From positions 32,278 through 96,277 of the forward strand of contig CAMPAQ010000012.1 of NCBI GenBank assembly GCA_946631995.1: a stretch of 64,000 nt of DNA, in the 5' to 3' direction. The DNA is from an uncultured Bacteroidales bacterium. GTDB lineage: Bacteria > Bacteroidota > Bacteroidia > Bacteroidales > UBA3663. The notes under the pieces were generated by a model. The model did not search any database. It had not been told where the DNA came from and was given only the letters and a program-made list of their open reading frames with translations. Shown in pieces: positions 28,331 to 38,936 of the stretch; position 1 is the stretch's first letter, and each line of letters starts with the position of its first letter. The position numbers and the translations under genes were made by a program.

Positions 28331-29122
28331 ATGAAAATTGCCATTATCGGCGCAGGCAACATGGGCGGCGCAACAGCCCGCGGCCTCGCCACAGGAACGG
28401 TCTTCAAGGCCGCAGAAATCACCGTCAGCGAACCGAACAAGGAGACATTGGCCAAAATCAAGGCCGATGTGCCGGAAATCAACATCATGACCGACAATCT
28501 GGCTGCTGTGGCCGATGCCGATGTCGTCGTCACCGCCGTCAAGCCGTGGCTCGTGCAGCCCGTCATCGAGGGCATCCGTCCCACATTGGCCAAACGCCGT
28601 CCGCTCATCATCAGCATCGCAGCCGGCATCAAGTTCGCCGACCTGAACGGATTCCTGGCCGATGACACGTTCCAGCTCGTCAGCGTCATCCCGAACACCG
28701 CCATCGCCATCAAGCAGAGCCCGACGCTCATCGCCTTCAACGACAAGGTGAGCGACGAGAACAAGGCATTGGTCAAGAAGATGTTCGATGAACTCGGCTC
28801 GGCCATCATCATCGACGAAAAGCAGATGGCTGCTGGAACCGCCGTCACCTCGTGCGGCATCGCCTACGCCTTCGAGTACATCAAGGCCGCCATGCAGGCC
28901 GCCATCGAACTGGGCTTCTATCCGCATGTGGCCAAGGCAATGATCGACCAGACCGTGCTCGGCGCCGTGGAGCTGCTGGAACACAACGGCACCTATCCCG
29001 ACACCGAAATCTACAAGGTCTGCACTCCTGGCGGCATCACCATCAAGGGTCTGAACGAGATGACCAAGGAGGGCTTCGACCACGCTGTCATCGCCGGCCT
29101 GATGAAGGCGGCTGGAAAGTAA
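28331..29122 (+). CDS. proC: pyrroline-5-carboxylate reductase
   Basis: IIGAGNMG, AVKPW, SIAAG, PNTA, VCTPGGITI.GL. Confidence 0.95.
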   Translation: MKIAIIGAGNMGGATARGLATGTVFKAAEITVSEPNKETLAKIKADVPEINIMTDNLAAVADADVVVTAVKPWLVQPVIEGIRPTLAKRRPLIISIAAGIKFADLNGFLADDTFQLVSVIPNTAIAIKQSPTLIAFNDKVSDENKALVKKMFDELGSAIIIDEKQMAAGTAVTSCGIAYAFEYIKAAMQAAIELGFYPHVAKAMIDQTVLGAVELLEHNGTYPDTEIYKVCTPGGITIKGLNEMTKEGFDHAVIAGLMKAAGK

Positions 29123-29257
29123 GACATTCTCCTTTTGATACTGTTCTGAATGTTTTCAGCCGGCAGAGAACCAAGAGGTTGAAATATACAAGTAATGATT
29201 TTAAAAAAGACTAAATTGCAAGATATCTCTTGCGAAACTTGAAGAACCTATAAGCCT

Positions 29258-30412
29258 ATGAAAGAACGATTAGAAATAAGGAATTTTGGGCCCATCAAGC
29301 ATGTCGTAATTGACGATATCAAGCCAATTACACTACTTGTCGGAGAATCTGGAAGTGGCAAAAGCACCATTATGAAGGTGCTTGCCATTTTCAGATGGAT
29401 TTATAAGATGGTTGGAATCCGTTCTTATCTAAAAGACCATTCCAACATGAAAAAATCTCCATTTAGATTCAATTTTCCATACTATGTAAAGGAAGACGGA
29501 CTGAATAATTACATGAAGTCCGACACATACTTCCTCTATTCTCGTGGAGAATGCGAAATGGAGTTCTCAAAAAACAAGTTTCGACTTGTCAAGCAGCGCA
29601 TTCCCCGAGAAGAACTCAATCTGGAAAAAATTGCATACATCTCCGAGAAGCGCAATCTTATTCCAGACGTCCTCGAGCATAATCTTATGGTCGGGAAGAA
29701 ATCATTTTACCTCAACGAAGTCTGGTCTGACTATCTTTTGGCCGCCCAACACATATCTGAACTTGATATGCCATTCACCAATGTACGTTTTGTGCGACGC
29801 AAGACACAGATGGGCGAAAGGCATAGCATTCAAGCCATTGACGGCAATTCGTCCTATACCATAGATCTGAAAGAATCTTCATCCGGCATTCAATCATCCA
29901 CCCCACTATCGCTTATTGTAGAATACTATTCGCATCATTATGATCTGGTGAAGTCGATGAACAAATCTGTTTTGTCCTATCTGTCAGAGCAAGATAGTTT
30001 AGAAGATTTCCATAGCCAATTGAACATTGGAGATTTTCCGTATAAAAGAGTTAATCTTTTCATTGAAGAACCAGAATTAAGCCTTTTTCCCGATAACCAA
30101 ATCGGGCTTGTCAATTTTTTAGTTGACCGATGCTTCATTTCAAAAACGAACAATTACGACATGACATTGATGCTTTCCACCCATAGTCCTTACATCGTCA
30201 ACTACCTCAATGTCTTGTTGCATCGACCAACGAATGACATTCATATCAATAGCAAAGATTTGGCTGTTTACCGAGTCTTTGATGGCCAAGTTCAAGATTT
30301 GATGCTTCGCGATGACAATGGTGAAATCTCGGCAGTTGACACCCGCGATTTGTCAGAGACGATGAAATCCATCTACGACGAATATGTAGAACTGAAGAAC
30401 CAGAAGGCATGA
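29258..30412 (+). CDS. ABC/AAA_15-AAA_21-type ATPase
   Basis: IRNFGPIK, GESGSGKST (Walker A), SSSGIQS (ABC signature), FIEEPELSLFP (Walker B), STHSPY (H-loop). Confidence 0.9.
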   Translation: MKERLEIRNFGPIKHVVIDDIKPITLLVGESGSGKSTIMKVLAIFRWIYKMVGIRSYLKDHSNMKKSPFRFNFPYYVKEDGLNNYMKSDTYFLYSRGECEMEFSKNKFRLVKQRIPREELNLEKIAYISEKRNLIPDVLEHNLMVGKKSFYLNEVWSDYLLAAQHISELDMPFTNVRFVRRKTQMGERHSIQAIDGNSSYTIDLKESSSGIQSSTPLSLIVEYYSHHYDLVKSMNKSVLSYLSEQDSLEDFHSQLNIGDFPYKRVNLFIEEPELSLFPDNQIGLVNFLVDRCFISKTNNYDMTLMLSTHSPYIVNYLNVLLHRPTNDIHINSKDLAVYRVFDGQVQDLMLRDDNGEISAVDTRDLSETMKSIYDEYVELKNQKA

Positions 30413-31056
30413 AAGACCTGCTTCAAAACGACTATATCTCGCACTTCGGGCTGACCGGGAAATACATTGTACCCTGCACTTCAATGCAGGGCAATTTTGC
30501 TTTATCCGACGACAAAGCCTGCCAAATGTGCATAGAGGACGATAGACAACATTGCTCAAATGACGGAGAACAAGAAATAATGAAAATCAATGCAAATGAA
30601 TCAATCAACGCCATTGACATCGAACAATTCTTGACTCTATTTGATGGCCGACGAGCTGGCATAAAAAACAGATGCGACAAGCTGCTCTATAACGGAATAA
30701 AAATTGCCTTTGTCGAAATGTACTGCGGATTATCCCGTAATCTCTATCCGCCATACTACCAAAAGGTCGGCAAAATTGCAAAAGCCCGCCTACAAATTGA
30801 AAGCACCATACAAAAACTCTGTGAAGTTCCTTCCATTGCTCAACGAATAGACGGCACGAGCCAAAAACATGGCATTTTGGCATATAGAGAACGACATTCA
30901 CCGCAAGGACAGGAATCCGTGCCGCAACCAGACAAGGTACAACAAAACATGGAAGTTTTTTGGAATTCAGACTTCCAAGGCAACAATCTTCACACCAACC
31001 TTTCTCACGGATTCAAATTCTTTGTGCTAAAATATCCGAATGAATATAAATGGTAA
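30409..31056 (+). CDS. hypothetical protein, possible PD-(D/E)xK-like nuclease partner of the ATPase
   Basis: ATGA overlap with the ATPase gene; motif RCDKLL…IAFVEM. Confidence 0.6.
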   Translation: MKDLLQNDYISHFGLTGKYIVPCTSMQGNFALSDDKACQMCIEDDRQHCSNDGEQEIMKINANESINAIDIEQFLTLFDGRRAGIKNRCDKLLYNGIKIAFVEMYCGLSRNLYPPYYQKVGKIAKARLQIESTIQKLCEVPSIAQRIDGTSQKHGILAYRERHSPQGQESVPQPDKVQQNMEVFWNSDFQGNNLHTNLSHGFKFFVLKYPNEYKW

Positions 31057-34000
31057 GACCAAGACGTTAAATCATATTTGTCCCATGAACAAGCTAACGC
31101 AAGAACAGATAGAATTATTCAATTGTCTGCATAATGACAGAGTTGAAGATTACAGGACATTCTCCAAGAAAGATTATGGAGGACTGTTCCGCAGCGTAGT
31201 GGACAAATATCCAGAATCTGCCCATTTTATTTACGAATTGTTACAAAATGCAGACGATGCCTGCGCCTCAGAAGTGCATATTGTGCTTCAAAAGGATTGC
31301 CTTATGTTCAAACATAATGGCACAAAACATTTCGATATAACGCCACTCGATTCAATAGAAACTGGTGACATAAATGCCATCACCGGCATAGGCAACTCGA
31401 CGAAACTCGGTGAAACACAAAACAAAATTGGGAAATTTGGAGTAGGGTTCAAAGCGGTTTTCCAATATACCGACACACCTGAAATTTACGATGACACATT
31501 CTGTTTCAAGATTGAAAACTATATCATTCCTACACTCATAGATGAAAATCCGAACTTAGGACGTAAGTTTGGAGAAACGCTTTTCGTATTCCGTTTCCAA
31601 GAAAAAAAGAAAGAAAAAGCATTTAACGAGATTCTGCATCGATTGAAATCGATGCAGAATCCAATACTCTTTTTGCAGCATTTAAAAAAGATTGCATACC
31701 GCATCGATTCTTTGAGCGAAAAGAAAGAAAAGGAATTTACGTATGACAAAGAATGTCTTGAAAAATCCGAATCAGAAGGTGTCACCATTGAACGTTTCAG
31801 AGTAACGGAACCACAAGGAACGAAATATCTTTTTCTCTTTTCTGAACAGGTTATCATCAAAACTGGTGAGGTAAAAAAAACATACCCCATCTTCATCGGT
31901 TATTACTACGATGAAAAAAGAAAAGAACTTATTACAAAAGAATGCGTCCCAAACATTTACTGTTTCTTTCCCACCAAAGAGACGTTTAAAACTTGTTTCA
32001 TTGCCCATGCTCCATTTTTGTTGACCGACAACCGCCAAAATCTCAAACCAGGAGAAGAACTGAATAGCGATTTAATTCATCTTTTAGCAAGACTTGCAGC
32101 AAAATCTGTAGTTCTGTTACGCGATTACGGAGTCAAACACGGCCATCTTCTTGTGAACGAAAACTTAACATACTTACTTCCGAATTATCAGACTCAAAAA
32201 CAATGGATGCTTGATTCCACATTTGAGCGGCCCGTAGTTAAAGCTTTTAATGAAATTATAGTAAAAGAACCACTGTTCCTTACTCGAAACGATAAATACG
32301 TCTTACCGAACAATGCCTATACGACGACAAAAGGTATTTTTGATCTACTTGACCAAAATCAGTTCGAACAACTCAAACAAGAAAAAAATATAGATTTTTT
32401 GCAATGTAAACTTGCTCAAAACATTCTCAATATTAACGAATGCGGGTACTACATTTCTGTATCTCGCTATGAAATTGAAGACTTCGGTGAAAATATTTCA
32501 GCTGAATTTATGCATTTACAATCGTATGATTGGGTCATTAAATTCTATAAATTTCTACTCAATCATGCTGTAGAATACATTCGTATTAGTGAAATATCAC
32601 CAAAACCTATTTTTAGGAATGCACCAATCATCAAAAATCAGAACGACGAATGGGTAAAGCCTTTTAATAACTATACAGAGCCAAATGTATATTTTCCGGT
32701 CGATGAAAGGCAGAATGCATCCGTTGAAAATTATAATTTCATCAATATCATTTTTTTAGAAAACGAATCAGCAAAGAAGCTGTTTGATGTATTTGGTTTC
32801 AAACAACCGAACCAAAGTGACTACATTTGCAATATTTTATTGAGGAAATATGCAAATGTCTGCGAAATCACAGATGAAACCATCAGAAAAGATTTTGCAA
32901 ACATACTACGGTATTTCCAAAAAATACAAGGTACTAGAGAAGCTGATATTTTTATCGAAAAAGTCAGTAGTAAAATCTCACTTATGGGCAAGAACCACAA
33001 TCTTTGTTCTCCAAAGCACCTTTACATTGAAAAACCTCAATATAAAGCATATCTTGGAGATTCCTACAACTTTTTTTTCGATTTTTCTTTCTACGATAAA
33101 GACCCAGACATCAATAGATACAAAAAAGAGTTTATTGAAGATTTAGTATGTCGAATTGGAGTCAGAAAAGTATTGATACAAGATGAAGTCAATCGTTTTA
33201 TTTCACAAAAAAACGTTCCAAATTATATCAGTTACGCCCTTCCTCCAAAATCAAAATATGATTCAATAGATGTTTTTGACAAAACAATTGTCGAATTTTA
33301 TAATAAATATTCTAATCTCGACAAAAAAGCATCTGTCTGTCTGTGGAACGATATTCTGCCAGCAGCCTTACAAAGTATAAACAATAATCCAAAATCTGCC
33401 GAAGTGCATGCATTTAATTCACGCAGCAAAGAAATAGAAACCTATTGCGTCGAAGTCAAATTCATACGCGACATGAAGTTATATCCATGGATCTACGACA
33501 AAAACGACAAATTACGGTTCTTAGACAAACTGCACATTGAGGAATTGGCATCGGAATACAATTTGAACAACGGTGTTGCGGAAATTCTGGGTATAGAAAA
33601 AGCCACACAAAACCTAACAGAGAAATATGGTGTGAGTGACGATGTACAGCAGAAATATGAATTTGGTGCACAATTGTCTGATATATGCGGAGATGACATC
33701 TCCCAAGAAGAAGCGTTACAAGCACTTAAAGAACTTCGTGAAAAAAAGCAAGCCGAAAGAATTCAACAGCAGCATATTGAAACAAAATCATCTAATACAG
33801 AAAAAGAAGCCGCACAAGAATCCATAGAGGAGCGACTGCAAAAGAAATGGGAAGAAAAGAAAGGCCATTCCGTAGGGAAGCCTCATTCCATTTCCTGCAC
33901 ACCAGACATGGATTCTTTTGAGACGAGAAGCACGGGGCTTAATTCCACACAGAAAAATGCACCTTTTTTTGAACCAACAAAAAATGGAACAACCGATGTA

Positions 34001-35905
34001 TCGGCCGAAAGCACAGCCCGCGCAGAAAAGAACCTGAAAGCGAAAGACACAGCAGCACAAAATCAAGCAGAATCAGCCAAGGAACAGGTTGAAATCCTGG
34101 ATTTGCTGAACAGCACACCTCAATACACATTCAGGTGGTTCAAAATATTGATGGAACTCATGCATGCGAGTCAAGATAAGATTACAGAACGTCGCGTGCA
34201 GATAGACTTTTCTCGCCATGAAATGACTTGTTCTGACAAGATACTACATCTTTCAGAGCCAACCCAACCCGTCCCAACATGGCTATGTGATGCCGAAAAA
34301 TATTCAATCGCAGCACTCGCAGAAGGGAAATCGGCCAAGATTGATGGACTTATCGTAAAAAGCGAAGATGACAGCATTGACATTTCCATTGAATTGAAAG
34401 AAAGGATGCTTGCGGACATCAATCAGGCAAAAAAGATTCGAATCATTGCAACAGACAATACCAACATTGTTGATTCGTTGGAAACTCGCTTCCTGCAACT
34501 TAACAAGGAAGATGACTTCGACATGAATGCGAACTTGCCGAAGAACCTGTCATTCTTATACGGGCCTCCAGGGACCGGGAAAACGTCTGAACTTGTCCGC
34601 CAAGTACACGACTTGCTGGTCAAAGAACCGAACGCCAAGATTCTTGTCCTCACCCCGACCAACAAGGCGGCCGACGTAGTGGCCATCAAGATGTCAAACG
34701 ACGAAATCTGTGAAGGTGGACTTGCCCGCTATGGTGCAACAGAAAGCCTCTATCTGATAGAGGAAATAGGCTGCGTCACCAACCGCGAAACGACGTTCAT
34801 GGACGGCTATCACAACATTGTCGTTGCGACGGCGGCACGCTATGCCTACGATTATGTCCAACCGAATGACACCTTCCTGTGCGATTATCCGTGGGATTAT
34901 ATCTTCATTGATGAAGCCTCGATGATTGACATTCTCACGATTACATACGTGATTTACAAAGGTGCAGAGGCAAAGAAAATCATCATTTCGGGCGACCCGA
35001 AACAAATTCAGCCCGTGGCACAAAACGACATGCCTGCACTCAACATCTACGACATGGTGGATTTGCATGGTTTCTCGAAAGCCATTTTCGACTACAACCG
35101 TTACCCTGTGAAAGGCCTGACCATGCAGCACCGGTCAATCCCTGTTATCGGGAATTTGGTCAGCAAATTTGCCTACGACGGACTTGTAGATTACGACCCG
35201 AACCGAGCACCAATGAAACCGCTCGAACTTGATGGACTACAAATAAAGAACATCAATTTTGTTGGGTTCGACGTTGCAGAATTCGATGACATCAAAGGTT
35301 TAAACGCAATAAAAGACTCTGCATTCAATCTATATTCGGCCATCTTCACCTACAATTTAATAGAATACACAATCAAACAGATAGAAAAGCGCTATCCGAA
35401 GAATGTGTATTCTCTTGGCGTGGTTTGTGCGTATCGGGCACAATCAGATGCCATCAAGGACATGCTTGAAAACCGACCACTTGACACAGCCTATTGCAAA
35501 GTCACTTGCGGTACGGTCCACAGTTTTCAAGGAGACGAATGCGACATCATGTTCATCGTACTCAATCCACCCGCAAAATGCTCCGCTGGCACACATATCA
35601 ACAATGAAAACATCATCAATGTGGCCATGAGCCGGGCGCGAGACTATATTTTCTTCATCCTACCCAATGGGCAGCAGGACGGATTCTTTATGAAGAACAG
35701 AATCGGCCAAACCATCTCCATAACTGACCGCACCATCCTGAAATGCAGCGATGTTGAAAGGGTGATGTTCGGCAATGCGGACTACATACAAGAGAACACC
35801 CATGTCACTTGTCACATGCCTGTCAATGTCTATTGCGAGGACAACGCGCTTTATGAAGTGCGAATGTCCGACGATGCTCTGGACATCAAGATAAACCAAA
35901 AATAA
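31040..35905 (+). CDS. sacsin-like GHKL ATPase fused to a Upf1/DNA2-like SF1 helicase (start possibly 31085)
   Basis: N-terminal FIYELLQNADDA, FKHNG, IGKFGVGFKAVF, YCFFPT, HAPFLLTDNR; C-terminal GPPGTGKT, TPTNKAAD, IDEASM, GDPKQ, QHRS, TVHSFQGDE, NVAMSRAR. Confidence 0.85.
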   Translation: MNINGKTKTLNHICPMNKLTQEQIELFNCLHNDRVEDYRTFSKKDYGGLFRSVVDKYPESAHFIYELLQNADDACASEVHIVLQKDCLMFKHNGTKHFDITPLDSIETGDINAITGIGNSTKLGETQNKIGKFGVGFKAVFQYTDTPEIYDDTFCFKIENYIIPTLIDENPNLGRKFGETLFVFRFQEKKKEKAFNEILHRLKSMQNPILFLQHLKKIAYRIDSLSEKKEKEFTYDKECLEKSESEGVTIERFRVTEPQGTKYLFLFSEQVIIKTGEVKKTYPIFIGYYYDEKRKELITKECVPNIYCFFPTKETFKTCFIAHAPFLLTDNRQNLKPGEELNSDLIHLLARLAAKSVVLLRDYGVKHGHLLVNENLTYLLPNYQTQKQWMLDSTFERPVVKAFNEIIVKEPLFLTRNDKYVLPNNAYTTTKGIFDLLDQNQFEQLKQEKNIDFLQCKLAQNILNINECGYYISVSRYEIEDFGENISAEFMHLQSYDWVIKFYKFLLNHAVEYIRISEISPKPIFRNAPIIKNQNDEWVKPFNNYTEPNVYFPVDERQNASVENYNFINIIFLENESAKKLFDVFGFKQPNQSDYICNILLRKYANVCEITDETIRKDFANILRYFQKIQGTREADIFIEKVSSKISLMGKNHNLCSPKHLYIEKPQYKAYLGDSYNFFFDFSFYDKDPDINRYKKEFIEDLVCRIGVRKVLIQDEVNRFISQKNVPNYISYALPPKSKYDSIDVFDKTIVEFYNKYSNLDKKASVCLWNDILPAALQSINNNPKSAEVHAFNSRSKEIETYCVEVKFIRDMKLYPWIYDKNDKLRFLDKLHIEELASEYNLNNGVAEILGIEKATQNLTEKYGVSDDVQQKYEFGAQLSDICGDDISQEEALQALKELREKKQAERIQQQHIETKSSNTEKEAAQESIEERLQKKWEEKKGHSVGKPHSISCTPDMDSFETRSTGLNSTQKNAPFFEPTKNGTTDVSAESTARAEKNLKAKDTAAQNQAESAKEQVEILDLLNSTPQYTFRWFKILMELMHASQDKITERRVQIDFSRHEMTCSDKILHLSEPTQPVPTWLCDAEKYSIAALAEGKSAKIDGLIVKSEDDSIDISIELKERMLADINQAKKIRIIATDNTNIVDSLETRFLQLNKEDDFDMNANLPKNLSFLYGPPGTGKTSELVRQVHDLLVKEPNAKILVLTPTNKAADVVAIKMSNDEICEGGLARYGATESLYLIEEIGCVTNRETTFMDGYHNIVVATAARYAYDYVQPNDTFLCDYPWDYIFIDEASMIDILTITYVIYKGAEAKKIIISGDPKQIQPVAQNDMPALNIYDMVDLHGFSKAIFDYNRYPVKGLTMQHRSIPVIGNLVSKFAYDGLVDYDPNRAPMKPLELDGLQIKNINFVGFDVAEFDDIKGLNAIKDSAFNLYSAIFTYNLIEYTIKQIEKRYPKNVYSLGVVCAYRAQSDAIKDMLENRPLDTAYCKVTCGTVHSFQGDECDIMFIVLNPPAKCSAGTHINNENIINVAMSRARDYIFFILPNGQQDGFFMKNRIGQTISITDRTILKCSDVERVMFGNADYIQENTHVTCHMPVNVYCEDNALYEVRMSDDALDIKINQK

Positions 35906-35928
35906 TCTCTACTTTCTCCATAACAAAT

Positions 35929-38760
35929 ATGAGCATTCATCATCATAAAGCGATCGCCACCGCCGCACTGTCGGCCACTCTGTTTACGGCCAATGCCCAG
36001 TCGCCCGCAGCCACAGGCACTTGGTGGCACTGGATGAACGGCCACATCACCCGCGAGGGCATCACCAAAGACCTCGAAGCCATGAAGGCCAACGGCATCG
36101 ACAATGCCACAATCCTCAATGTCTATCGGCCGTTCGGATCGCAGTTCAAGGCATTTGAAAAATACGTCGCACCCGAAAATATGCGAGACATCGACGAGTC
36201 GGCCTGGCCCGTGGCGAAATTCGCGTCGCCGGAGTGGTACGACCTTTTCCGCTGGGCATTGGACGAGGCGGAACGTCTCGGCATGACCATCGGCACGGCC
36301 AACTGCGACGGCTGGAGCGAGACCGGCGGCCCGTGGATTGCGCCCGAAAACTCGATGAAGGGCATCACCTACGCCAAAGTGCTGATTACGGGTGCCAGCG
36401 AACTGCAGAGTCTGGCCGACGGACGCATGGAAATCGAACTGCCACAGCCCGAGACGAAGGCGAACTACTACGATGACGTGTGCGTGCTGGCCTATCCCGT
36501 GGGGCTGAAGCGCGCTGTGACGTTGGCCGATGTGAAAGACCTCACGCCCTACCTCGACGCCAAGCGCAGCGTGCTGACCGTGCCTGCCGAATTGCAGTTC
36601 TCCATCCTGAGCAGCGAGGTGAAACGGTTCGAGGTGCTGCGTTTCGGCTACACCACGACGGGACAGAAGACCCATCCGGCCTCGCCCGAAGGTGCCGGTT
36701 TCGAGTGCGACAAGATGGACACCACCGCCCTCAACCTGCATTTCGCCCACTACAACCGCGACGTGATGAAGGCCGCCGGACGGCATTGCGGCAAGACGTT
36801 CTCCTACTTCCTCGTGGACAGTTGGGAGTGCCGCCTGCAGACGTGGACGAAACACCTGCCCGAAGAGTTTGCAAGACGGCGCGGCTATTCGATGCTGCCC
36901 TATCTGCCTGTGCTTGCGGGCGATGCCATCTTCGACGCAACGACGTGCGACGCCTTCATCCACGACTATCGGCTCACCCTCGGCGAACTCATCGAGGAGT
37001 ATTTCTTCAAGCACTTGGCCGACCTGTGCCACGCCAACGGCATGATGCTCTACAGCGAGGGCATCTACGGCGGCAAAGACGACATTCCGGGCTGCGACAT
37101 CATGGCGACCTACAAGTACTGCGACGTGCCGATGACCGAGTTCTGGGCGCGCCTGCAAGCCATGCAGAACCCCATCACGTCGAAAGTCACCGCGCCGTTC
37201 AACCACATCCTGCCACAACACGCCGCGCTGCTCTACGACAAGCCAATCCTGGCCAGCGAAGCCTACACAGGCGCCGCCATCTACAGCGAATCGCCGTGGG
37301 ATTTGGTGCCATACGCCAATCAGGCCTACTCGGAGGGCGTAAGCAAGATGATGCTCCATTCCTACGTGCACCAGATGCAGGACCGCGGCCCGGGCTTCAC
37401 GCTCGGCATCTATGGCCAAGCCTTCAACCGCCTAAACCCGTGGTTCAACGAGTCGCTGCCCTATTGGACATGGCAGCAGCGCATCCAGGAGCAGATGCAG
37501 GGCGCACAGCGTTGTGCCGACGCGCTGATCTACATCGGCGATTGCCGTCCGGCCAACGAATGCAAGGCCGACGAATTGGCCCGCCTCGTGCCCGAAGGCC
37601 AGAAATACCAGTACATCAACGCCGAGGCATTGGCCGAAACCCGAGTCCGCGACGGACGGCTGACCATCAATCGGCCGCATCTGAAAGGCATTGGTTATCA
37701 ATATATCATCGTGCGGCAATCGGCCATCGACCTTTCGACTATGCGCCGACTGCACGCGCTGCACAAGGCCGGAGCCAAGGTGTGCGGCGTGAAACCTGTC
37801 GCCTCGCTCGGACTGCTGAACCACGCGGAGGAATCGGCCGAAGTGCTGCGGTTGGCCAATGAAATCTGGGGCGACAACGATTTCCTGCCCGCGCCCGAGG
37901 TCAAGCGCGAGGTCGTTTTTGGCGACAAGGCCGACGACAGCCGCATCAACTACCTGCACCGCAAGAGGGACGGAAAGGATGCCTATTTCTTGGCCAACAT
38001 GCAGGATGACAAGGTGTTGATGGCCGATGTGACATTCACGCGCGAGGGCGGTCGCAGTGCCGTCATGCTCGACCCGATGGATGGCCGACGCTACGCGATG
38101 ACGGCCCGCGACGGAGCCTACCGCATCAAGCTGCGCCCACGTCAGGCGGTCATCGTCCTCTTCGGTGAGGAGGTTGCGGCCGATGCCTCGTACGACCGCG
38201 AAGTGCTCACTCCGGCCATCGTCGAGACGCTCCACATCACGAAGGCTGACGGACGGCTGTCATTCCCATCGGACAAAGACATCAAGGTGCAGAAAATCAG
38301 CGAACTACGCGACATCACCGAATCGAAGAATCCCGACATCAAATACTATTGCGGCGTGCTCGAATACGACCTGACGCTCGCTCTGCCGGAGAAGTACATC
38401 GGCCAACGCCTCAAACTGAACCTGCCGGCCTTGGGTGCGACGGCTCACGTCTGGGTGGGCGACACCGATCTGGGCACGGTCTGGGACCCGACCTACGCGC
38501 TCGACATCACCGATGCCGTTGCGACCTGCATCGGCCAAAGCGAAAAGGGCCAATGCACGTTCCCCGTCAAGCTGCGGCTCACCAACCCATGGCGCAACCG
38601 TCTGGTGGGCGACCTCAACCAGAATCGTGGCGACAAGGCCGCCCTGTGCACGTCGCCCGGCATCGAGAAGTACGGCGACATCCCGTTCGTGCGGCGCGAC
38701 CAGGTGCTCATTCCGGCCGGCCTGAGTCAAGGCATCAACCTGATTGTCATGGAGAAATAA
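35929..38760 (+). CDS. glycoside hydrolase family 106 (alpha-L-rhamnosidase-like)
   Basis: Signal peptide; TWWHWMNGHIT.EGITKDLEAM, GWSETGGPW, GFECDK, VDSWE, PMTEFW, SEAYT. Confidence 0.88.
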   Translation: MSIHHHKAIATAALSATLFTANAQSPAATGTWWHWMNGHITREGITKDLEAMKANGIDNATILNVYRPFGSQFKAFEKYVAPENMRDIDESAWPVAKFASPEWYDLFRWALDEAERLGMTIGTANCDGWSETGGPWIAPENSMKGITYAKVLITGASELQSLADGRMEIELPQPETKANYYDDVCVLAYPVGLKRAVTLADVKDLTPYLDAKRSVLTVPAELQFSILSSEVKRFEVLRFGYTTTGQKTHPASPEGAGFECDKMDTTALNLHFAHYNRDVMKAAGRHCGKTFSYFLVDSWECRLQTWTKHLPEEFARRRGYSMLPYLPVLAGDAIFDATTCDAFIHDYRLTLGELIEEYFFKHLADLCHANGMMLYSEGIYGGKDDIPGCDIMATYKYCDVPMTEFWARLQAMQNPITSKVTAPFNHILPQHAALLYDKPILASEAYTGAAIYSESPWDLVPYANQAYSEGVSKMMLHSYVHQMQDRGPGFTLGIYGQAFNRLNPWFNESLPYWTWQQRIQEQMQGAQRCADALIYIGDCRPANECKADELARLVPEGQKYQYINAEALAETRVRDGRLTINRPHLKGIGYQYIIVRQSAIDLSTMRRLHALHKAGAKVCGVKPVASLGLLNHAEESAEVLRLANEIWGDNDFLPAPEVKREVVFGDKADDSRINYLHRKRDGKDAYFLANMQDDKVLMADVTFTREGGRSAVMLDPMDGRRYAMTARDGAYRIKLRPRQAVIVLFGEEVAADASYDREVLTPAIVETLHITKADGRLSFPSDKDIKVQKISELRDITESKNPDIKYYCGVLEYDLTLALPEKYIGQRLKLNLPALGATAHVWVGDTDLGTVWDPTYALDITDAVATCIGQSEKGQCTFPVKLRLTNPWRNRLVGDLNQNRGDKAALCTSPGIEKYGDIPFVRRDQVLIPAGLSQGINLIVMEK

Positions 38761-38767
38761 TTTTTCA

Positions 38768-38925
38768 GATGGGAGTTAACCGAAGTTAGCAGGAGTTAAT
38801 GGGAGTTAACGGACGTTTGCTTCGGCTGCCAATATTCGATTACGATATTGTATCGTCCGTTAACTCCACAAGCCAACGGCTTGTTAACTCCCAATAACTA
38901 CAATTAACTCCCGACATAACTACAA
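38768..38925. repeat. inverted-arm repeat (empty cassette)
   Basis: GGGAGTTAA tandem units ending GGAGTTAACGGACG, facing CGTCCGTTAACTCC and TTAACTCCC units. Confidence 0.85.
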
Positions 38926-38936
38926 AAAAATAAACT

